Source: a virus (Duplodnaviria > Heunggongvirae > Uroviricota > Caudoviricetes). From it: DNA of 64,000 nucleotides. The stretch lies in the IMG/VR virus record IMGVR_UViG_3300027710_000009; one strand, 5' to 3'. Numbering within the stretch: the first letter of the stretch is position 1; each line of letters opens with the position of its first letter. The notes beneath the pieces are model-generated. The model was not told the origin of the DNA. It searched no databases and worked only from the letters and a program-made list of their open reading frames with translations. The translations under genes were made by a program, and so were the position numbers. Shown one piece after another: positions 29,708 through 35,175 of this stretch.

Positions 29708-29782
29708 TGGTACCGCTAGGAGGAATCGAACCTCCGTCTTAACCTTAGGAGTGTTTTGTTCTATCCACTGAACTATAGCGGT
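29708..29782 (-). tRNA. tRNA-Arg(CCT), weak anticodon stem
   Basis: Loop CTCCTAA, A20. Confidence 0.78.
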
Positions 29783-29988
29783 TTGTTTAGTTTTTTGATA
29801 TGCTCAATGTGGCGTTTGAATTCGCGCACATAGTAAGGATCTTTTTCCAGCATCTTGGCTAGATATCCTGCTAGAAAACCTGCATGATACAGCCTGTGCA
29901 TTCTTTCGTTGCCCTTGTATTCCACAGGACACACTGACTCTACACTTTGTTGTATAAACTTAACATAGTCTTCGTGTGAGTAGTCCAT
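29773..29988 (-). CDS. Hypothetical protein within the tRNA array
   Basis: 71 aa filling the gap between tRNAs; TAAATA-5nt-ATG. Confidence 0.7.
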   Translation of the reverse strand: MDYSHEDYVKFIQQSVESVCPVEYKGNERMHRLYHAGFLAGYLAKMLEKDPYYVREFKRHIEHIKKLNKPL

Positions 29989-29999
29989 ACAAATATTTA

Positions 30000-30075
30000 T
30001 GGAGCCCCCTGAGGGATTCGAACCCCCGACTAACTGGTTCGAAGCCAGCTACTCTGTCCACTGAGTTAAAGGGGC
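30000..30075 (-). tRNA. tRNA-Arg(TCG)
   Basis: Loop CTTCGAA. Confidence 0.9.
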
Positions 30076-30081
30076 AATGTG

Positions 30082-30157
30082 TGGTGCCAAGGACTGGACT
30101 CGAACCAGTAACACACGGATTTTCAATCTGCTGCTCTACCATTGGAGCTACCGAGGC
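30082..30157 (-). tRNA. tRNA-Phe(GAA)
   Basis: Loop TTGAAAA. Confidence 0.9.
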
Positions 30158-30162
30158 ATGTT

Positions 30163-30237
30163 TGGGGAGAAGTACGGGAATCGAACCCGTGATAGCGGAA
30201 TCACAACCCGCGGTTTTGCCACTAAACTAACGACTCC
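30163..30237 (-). tRNA. tRNA-His(GTG)
   Basis: Loop TTGTGAT, G-1:C73. Confidence 0.88.
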
Positions 30238-30243
30238 ATTGAT

Positions 30244-30317
30244 TGGCACGGGAACTAGGGATCGAACCTAGGACGACAGAGTCAAAGTCTGTTGTGTTAC
30301 CGCTACACCATTCCCGA
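30244..30317 (-). tRNA. tRNA-Gln(TTG)
   Basis: Loop CTTTGAC. Confidence 0.9.
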
Positions 30318-30324
30318 ACAAAAC

Positions 30325-30401
30325 TGGCGCGACCAGCAGGATTCGAACCTACCACCCCAACGTTCGTAGCGTTGTACTCTATCCAAATGAGCTATGGTCG
30401 C
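30325..30401 (-). tRNA. tRNA-Arg(ACG)
   Basis: Loop CTACGAA. Confidence 0.92.
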
Positions 30402-30504
30402 ATAATTAGTGCTAGATTGTTTACTGCACAACCTAGCAAAGCAGGGGTCTGTAGACTGCATACAACTTGTCTCATTGTACTCCGTATGCAAGGGAGAGAT
30501 TGAA

Positions 30505-30722
30505 TTTGAGAGCCTACGCCGCGTTTATCGTAGATTTATTCAGGACTTACCGGCCGCCTAGCCTGACCTCGCTCGCGATGGATATCACTTGGGCGCCTGT
30601 CCAGTTAGCAACCAATCTGCACCGCTCTTCCGAGCAGCCGGGAGTTGAACCCGTCCCCTTTTACTATTTTGGTAGTTCGAACTTACCTAGATAGCGTGAC
30701 TGCGCTTGCTGACACTCTCAAA
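30505..30722 (-). ncRNA. Structured ~218-nt ncRNA, family unassigned
   Basis: Closing stem TTTGAGAG/CTCTCAAA, T-loop-like GGGTTCAACTCCC, GNRA hairpin GCTC-GGAA-GAGC. Confidence 0.65.
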
Positions 30723-30725
30723 ACT

Positions 30726-30802
30726 TGGTCGGAGTACAAGGATTCGAACCTTGGACCCCCTGGTCCCAAACCAGGTGCGCTACCAGACTGCGCCACACTC
30801 CG
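30726..30802 (-). tRNA. tRNA-Pro(TGG)
   Basis: Loop TTTGGGA. Confidence 0.92.
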
Positions 30803-30809
30803 AAATTGA

Positions 30810-30883
30810 TGGTGCCCCGTGACAGAATCGAACTGCCAACTACTGATTACAAAACAGTTGTTATACCACTTAACTAACAGGGC
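30810..30883 (-). tRNA. tRNA-Thr(TGT)
   Basis: Loop TTTGTAA. Confidence 0.9.
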
Positions 30884-30890
30884 TTGAAAC

Positions 30891-30964
30891 TGGAGCGGGG
30901 TAGGAGAATCGAACTCCTCGCTTTAGCTTGGAAGGCTAAGGTATTACCACTATACGAACCCCGC
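30891..30964 (-). tRNA. tRNA-Gly(TCC)
   Basis: Loop CTTCCAA. Confidence 0.92.
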
Positions 30965-30973
30965 AATAAAATC

Positions 30974-31048
30974 TGGTGCATCGTGAGAGGGTCGAACTCC
31001 CGACATTCGCCGTGTAAAGGCGCTACTCTACCACTGAGTTAACGATGC
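30974..31048 (-). tRNA. tRNA-Val(TAC)
   Basis: Loop TTTACAC. Confidence 0.92.
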
Positions 31049-31053
31049 AATGT

Positions 31054-31128
31054 TGGTGGAGGATAGCGGGGTCGAACCGCTGACTGAAGCTTGCAAAGCT
31101 ACTGTGTTCCCAACTATACCAATCCCCC
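31054..31128 (-). tRNA. tRNA-Ala(TGC)
   Basis: Loop TTTGCAA, G3:U70. Confidence 0.92.
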
Positions 31129-31135
31129 ATAACAC

Positions 31136-31211
31136 TGGCTCCACAGGGTGGGCTCGAACCACCGACCAAATGATTAACAGTCATCTACTCTACCAACTGA
31201 GCTACTGCGGA
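31136..31211 (-). tRNA. tRNA-Asn(GTT)
   Basis: Loop CTGTTAA. Confidence 0.92.
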
Positions 31212-31219
31212 ATAAAATC

Positions 31220-31295
31220 TGGAGCGGGCGAAGAGGTTCGAACTCTCGACATTTACCTTGGCAAGGTAATGCTCTACCAACTGAGCTACGCCCGC
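31220..31295 (-). tRNA. tRNA-Gly(GCC)
   Basis: Loop TTGCCAA. Confidence 0.92.
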
Positions 31296-31306
31296 ATGTG
31301 TTTTAC

Positions 31307-31528
31307 TTATTTGTCGCGAACTTTCTTCAAATATTCGCGACCTACTTTACCTTGTTCAATTTCTTCAAGCACTTGAATAATAGGACCATTTGTTGATACA
31401 ACTTTTGATCTATGTCCAGCTTTGATTTCTCTTAGTCTAGCTGATGCAATCAACACTAGGTCAAATTGATTACCTATCATTTGTGCTGCCTCTTGTGATG
31501 TTCTACCAGTGATGTATTCGTCGGACAT
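31307..31528 (-). CDS. rpoZ: RNA polymerase omega subunit homolog
   Basis: IGNQFDLVLIASARLREI...VLEEIEQG matches the omega core GNRFDLVLVAARRARQ...ALREIEEG. Confidence 0.85.
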   Translation of the reverse strand: MSDEYITGRTSQEAAQMIGNQFDLVLIASARLREIKAGHRSKVVSTNGPIIQVLEEIEQGKVGREYLKKVRDK

Positions 31529-31552
31529 TAAGTTCCTTTGTTTTATTTACTT

Positions 31553-31581
31553 AGTATAACACACGATCATGCTAATTGCAA
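31553..31581 (-). promoter_or_regulatory. sigma70-type promoter upstream of rpoZ
   Basis: TTGCAA-17nt-TATACT. Confidence 0.6.
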
Positions 31582-31656
31582 TGGTTGCCTATCTTGGGAA
31601 CGATCCAAGGACCCCCGCCTTATCAAGACGGTGCTCTACCACTGAGCTAATAGGCA
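31582..31656 (-). tRNA. tRNA-Ile(GAT), variant T loop
   Basis: Loop TTGATAA; T loop ATCGTTC. Confidence 0.88.
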
Positions 31657-31661
31657 ATAAT

Positions 31662-31823
31662 ACCATATGGAAACACACTAGTGAGCCAGTCTAACGCAGC
31701 CATCGCAACTTTGCAAGTCGTTTCCAACTTGTGTATCGTCTTTCTGGGCGAGCTGTATGTGTAGAGCTCCGCAAGTTCTCAATGCAATCGCTTGCAAGGA
31801 CAACTAGTATGTTTTCATATGGT
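31662..31823 (-). repeat. Stem-bracketed cassette A
   Basis: ACCATATGAAAACATACTAGT...ACTAGTGTGTTTCCATATGGT. Confidence 0.85.
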
Positions 31824-31895
31824 AGAAGCAGTGGGACTCGAACCCACAACTATCCGGTTAAAAGCCGGGTACTCTAGCCATTGAGTTATGCTTCC
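31820..31895 (-). tRNA. tRNA-Lys(TTT)
   Basis: Loop CTTTTAA. Confidence 0.92.
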
Positions 31896-31898
31896 ATA

Positions 31899-31974
31899 TG
31901 GTCCCTGCGGTCAGGCTCGAACTGACGACCAGCGGATTAAGAGTCCGTTGCGCTACCAACTGCGCCACACAGGG
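31899..31974 (-). tRNA. tRNA-Lys(CTT)
   Basis: Loop CTCTTAA. Confidence 0.9.
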
Positions 31975-31997
31975 TTGTACGTATTGTTTGATTTTAC

Positions 31998-32067
31998 GTG
32001 CCAACCCTAGACCATACGGATGCCTAGAGCGACACTAGAGTTTACCTCGTTTCATGTCAATCTCCTT
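31998..32067 (-). other. Minigene MKRGKL* (32035..32055) with SD and a hairpin starting at its stop codon
   Basis: AAGGAG-6nt-ATG AAA CGA GGT AAA CTC TAG, then a ~14-bp hairpin. Confidence 0.55.
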
Positions 32068-32079
32068 GATTAAATAAAA

Positions 32080-32272
32080 TGCTCTGCGAACCCCGGTGGT
32101 AATTATACCGTATCAGACCTTTGGAGTCATCACGCACGGCCTCCACCCACTTCCCGACGGGTTCCGTTGTCGCATTGCCAGCGGCCTTTCGGTAGGAAGA
32201 CTACCACCCTTGGCTATCACACCACTTCTCATCGTGCGGGTCACACTATCTGCTGATTAGGCAGAACGTTCT
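32080..32272 (-). ncRNA. Structured ~190-nt ncRNA, family unassigned
   Basis: GC-rich, ORF-free; hairpins TCTGC-CTAATCA-GCAGA and CC-GAAA-GG; long-range pairs CGCACG/CGTGCG and GGTGGTAG/TTACCACC. Confidence 0.65.
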
Positions 32273-32331
32273 AGCTACAGGACACTTGTGTTGTTTAAGC
32301 CTGAGCACGGATGCAAGGCTCCTCTAAAAAT

Positions 32332-32406
32332 TGGCGGTGCCAAGGGGTAACGATCCCCTTCTTCGAGCGTGACAGGCTCGTGTGCGTCCATGAACACTTT
32401 GGCACC
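32332..32406 (-). tRNA. tRNA-Asp(GTC), variant T loop
   Basis: Loop CTGTCAC; T loop ATCGTTA. Confidence 0.88.
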
Positions 32407-32412
32407 TAAAAA

Positions 32413-32488
32413 TGGTACACGGTACGGGAATCGAACCCGTCTTACTAACGTGAAAGGCTAGTGTCCTAAACCGATAGACGAACCGTGC
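32413..32488 (-). tRNA. tRNA-Glu(TTC)
   Basis: Loop CTTTCAC. Confidence 0.9.
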
Positions 32489-32493
32489 ATAAA

Positions 32494-32578
32494 TGGTGGA
32501 GGTGGCTGGACTTGAACCAACAATGCACAAGGGCGGCGGATTTACAGTCCACTGGGGATACCATTTTCCTACACCTCC
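32494..32578 (-). tRNA. tRNA-Tyr(GTA)
   Basis: Loop CTGTAAA, long variable arm. Confidence 0.9.
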
Positions 32579-32586
32579 AAATTTTT

Positions 32587-32720
32587 ACCATATAGAAACA
32601 CACTCGGCTCCCCTTACAACCTTGTTCCTGTCAATTCAGGATGCACCTGGAATGAACCCAGCGGATCTCCTTGGTTGTTTGTATCTGTCAATTCAGATTG
32701 AAAATGTGTTCTTATATAAT
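32587..32720 (-). repeat. Stem-bracketed cassette B
   Basis: ATTATATAAGAACACATTT...GAGTGTGTTTCTATATGGT, pairing through several G-U. Confidence 0.8.
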
Positions 32721-32804
32721 ACCATATAGAAACACACTGGCTGTTGCTTGTCATTGTCTTTAACTACCTCTCGGTGGCGGTAGACCAGTGTGTTTTTATA
32801 TGGT
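32721..32804 (-). repeat. Stem-bracketed cassette C
   Basis: ACCATATAAAAACACACTGGT...GCCAGTGTGTTTCTATATGGT. Confidence 0.85.
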
Positions 32805-33688
32805 GGAGGACTGAGAATACATCTCTCCCATAAGCACCTCAAGCATTATTGTACACCTTGCGAGCGTACTTTCTCTTGACTTCCACTCGGGTCCTTGCGG
32901 ATCTCCTAGTCTGCTTACAGTATCGCCGTTTTTAACGTCAAGCAGTAGACGTGTCATCATATGCTATTCTGCGGATTCCATTCCGTTAGCCTTGCGAGCT
33001 ATTCAGGTGCGCTAACACCTTACGAACCCCCCTCCACAAACTAATGTCACCTTGCGAGCTTCATTAGACTTGATTCACTTGCGTGTCAAGTATTAGATAC
33101 TTTTCACATATGACCGAGGCAGTCTTTGCGTTTTTGTAATGATAGTTGGGATTTGAACCCGACTGCATCCAGCTTAAAAGGCTAGCGTTCAACCATTGAA
33201 CTTTATCAACCTACCGTGATGAGCTACCTCTGTTGCTATATAATCTTTTGGACTACATAATACAACTCACCACATACCTTTCCTCTTGCGGAGTAATCAG
33301 TGATGTTTCACGACCAGTGTCCTGCTTCAAAACAGTCCACCACCCATTAACATTGCACACGAGCCCTTGGGTGCAACCCCTCGAACCAATATACTACCCT
33401 TTCTCATACCTGTTGACAAGTTGGTTTTGTATGGAAGTCAGCACCACCTGTTACTTTTCATGCACCCTGGTTCCCTTACGGGCCAGTCGATACACATTCT
33501 TCCCCATACACTTGCTTCACAGTTACAACCACCGGTCTTATCAGTGATCGCTACCTTGCGATAGTGAGCAGGCTTGTTTACATGAACCATCTCTGGCGCA
33601 GGAGTGTAGGACTCATCTGCTTTGGGTAGGTCACCCTACTTATTCTTCGTAGACGGCAAGCCGCCTACAGGACAATAAACTGCCCCGA
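32805..33688 (-). ncRNA. GOLLD-like giant ncRNA (~880 nt) with an embedded tRNA-like domain
   Basis: No - strand ORF, about seven GCAA tetraloop hairpins, located in a phage tRNA cluster; size and context fit GOLLD. Confidence 0.72.
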
Positions 33689-33690
33689 AA

Positions 33691-33817
33691 CTTTATTTGT
33701 TCTGCCATCTGCACTATATGCCTCGCTCAACAGCTTTACTCGAGTTTACTGTTTATTGCTTTGGTTACATAACGCTTGATCTTGCCTCTGTGCTTACAGA
33801 AGGCAGAACAAATAAAG
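33691..33817 (-). repeat. Stem-bracketed cassette F (stem sequence unrelated to A-D)
   Basis: Perfect 16-bp inverted repeat CTTTATTTGTTCTGCC/GGCAGAACAAATAAAG. Confidence 0.8.
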
Positions 33818-33818
33818 C

Positions 33819-34031
33819 CCATATCAAAACATACTACAGGAACTCCACTTACCTCACAGGACCGTCTCCTGCTACTTCCGTTTCGTCATTACAGTCTAAC
33901 ATACTCCACCGTGTCATACTTGGGTTTCCCCTCAACTTTCATGTGACTTGCACAGAGCCAGTCCGTCAACTGGTTATCCTCAGTGCAAGCACCTAGTGGT
34001 GTTAGCAACCTCTAATACATTTAGATATGGT
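33819..34031 (-). repeat. Stem-bracketed cassette D
   Basis: ACCATATCTAAATGTATTA...TAGTATGTTTTGATATGG with G-U pairs. Confidence 0.8.
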
Positions 34032-34104
34032 GCCCAAGGAGAGACTCGAACTCTCAAAATTTGGCTTCTAAGACCAACACGTATACCAATTCCGTCACCT
34101 GGGC
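34028..34104 (-). tRNA. tRNA-Leu(TAG), short variable loop
   Basis: Loop CTTAGAA, 77 nt. Confidence 0.85.
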
Positions 34105-34119
34105 ATTGCTTTTTAACGA

Positions 34120-34131
34120 TGTTAAAGAACA
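34120..34131 (-). promoter_or_regulatory. boxA-like Nus antitermination site
   Basis: TGTTCTTTAACA versus rrn boxA TGCTCTTTAACA. Confidence 0.7.
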
Positions 34132-34165
34132 TTTGTTCGTCTGCAAACGATGTTGCAGTTGGGTT

Positions 34166-34194
34166 AGTGTAACTGCAATTTGCATTGCTGTCAA
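34166..34194 (-). promoter_or_regulatory. sigma70 promoter P2 of the RNA array
   Basis: TTGACA-17nt-TACACT. Confidence 0.75.
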
Positions 34195-34267
34195 CTAATT
34201 TTTCTACTGTGTTGCAAAACAACAACAGCACCCTTGTTAGCAACACGATGTTTGCTACAGTTTCACA

Positions 34268-34296
34268 AGTATATGTGATCCTGGCATTGCTGTCAA
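34268..34296 (-). promoter_or_regulatory. sigma70 promoter P1 of the RNA array
   Basis: TTGACA-17nt-TATACT. Confidence 0.8.
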
Positions 34297-34391
34297 CTGC
34301 TTTTTTAACATGTTGCAAAAATACTACACTGGTTGTTGACTTTGCAACACTTACAGATTCACAGTCGGTAAGTCATGTTCGTCCAATGTAG

Positions 34392-34455
34392 GTATCAAAG
34401 CACTCTTCATGGATGAACCCACTTGTCCCCTCGCGGGTAGAGAATGCTTTGATAC
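34392..34455 (-). repeat. Stem-bracketed cassette E
   Basis: GTATCAAAGCATTCT/AGAGTGCTTTGATAC, 15 bp. Confidence 0.75.
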
Positions 34456-34577
34456 GTTACCATTTTACCATCTGCGTTTCCACCACAGACTTCTCATCCG
34501 GTAAGCCGCCCACATTAATAGCCGATGTTTTGAGTGCCAGCAGGGTCGCGTTCCCTATACACACTTTTCATGATCCT

Positions 34578-34612
34578 AAAAACAAAAAACCCCAGGGTTT
34601 TAAGCCTAGGGT
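34578..34612 (-). terminator. Attenuator terminator
   Basis: ACCCTAGG-CTTAAAAC-CCTGGGGT followed by TTTTTGTTTTT. Confidence 0.8.
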
Positions 34613-34639
34613 CCTTGGAGTTTGCTGAGTTAATTTGTG

Positions 34640-34780
34640 TTAACTGTGCGAGTCTCCTGGACCCTTGGTGCCTGGTAGTGTGCGATCATTACTAATCTCA
34701 GTCGCAGACCACAAGGCCACTGGCATAAATGAATATGCTTGGCTATGCTGTTTGCAGTTGAGAACGAATGTCGGTTTCAT
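34640..34780 (-). CDS. 46-aa leader peptide MKPTFVLNCKQHSQAYSFMPVALWSATEISNDRTLPGTKGPGDSHS
   Basis: AAAGGA upstream; lies between a promoter and a terminator; contains the antiterminator arm. Confidence 0.7.
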   Translation of the reverse strand: MKPTFVLNCKQHSQAYSFMPVALWSATEISNDRTLPGTKGPGDSHS

Positions 34781-34834
34781 TTTGTTTCTTTTTCCTTTGA
34801 TACTCAGTACATTATTGCACTGTGTAAGTCTTGT

Positions 34835-34863
34835 ATTGTAGAGATATTTAGCAATGCTGTCAA
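34835..34863 (-). promoter_or_regulatory. sigma70 promoter with nested TAAATA motif
   Basis: TTGACA-gcattgcTAAATAtctc-TACAAT. Confidence 0.8.
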
Positions 34864-34909
34864 CCTCTTATGGTTTATTTAGTCTTTTGTTGTTTTTTCA
34901 CAATGTATC

Positions 34910-34999
34910 TGGTCCCCCGTTGCAGAATCGAACTGCATCCTGGACCTTATCTAGATTAATCGTGTATAAAACGACCTGCTCTCCATGAGCTAACGGGGG
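34910..34999 (-). tRNA. Atypical tRNA-Ile(TAT)-like gene with long variable insert
   Basis: CCCCCGT/ACGGGGG-ACCA acceptor, loop TTTATAC, ~21-nt variable region. Confidence 0.6.
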
Positions 35000-35009
35000 A
35001 TTAAAAACT

Positions 35010-35094
35010 TGGTACCCCCGACCGGACTCGAACCGGTACGCCTCAACGGCGGCAGATTTTAAGTCTGCTATGTCTACCATTCCATCACAGGGGC
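35010..35094 (-). tRNA. tRNA-Leu(TAA)
   Basis: Loop CTTAAAA, long variable arm. Confidence 0.92.
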
Positions 35095-35175
35095 ACGATC
35101 ATCATAAAGATGATATTCGTAATCGGCCTATGTAGAATGGAGTGTTCATGTGTGTACTATAACTTGAATATTTAT

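Noticed and set aside
30505-33688. tmRNA or RNase P identity for the unassigned RNAs
   Set aside because: No GGGG...TCCACCA alanine acceptor with a tag ORF, and no GAGGAAAGTCC RNase P signature.
33980-34318. 112-aa ORF with an internal VDSNA repeat
   Set aside because: The repeat is the translation of the duplicated promoter GTTGACAGCAATGC, and the ORF overlaps tRNA-Leu.
31662-34455. CRISPR array
   Set aside because: Units are inverted-repeat pairs around 35-175 nt interiors, not identical direct repeats with uniform spacers; no cas genes in the window.
32225-34500. Hammerhead ribozyme at the GATGAG motifs
   Set aside because: The core CTGATGA is absent; the sequences read ACGATGA and CGGATGA.
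29136-35080. ORF-track entries overlapping tRNAs and ncRNAs (e.g. 29136..29525, 30303..30491, 33233..33547, 34898..35080)
   Set aside because: Chance frames across RNA genes, with no protein motifs.
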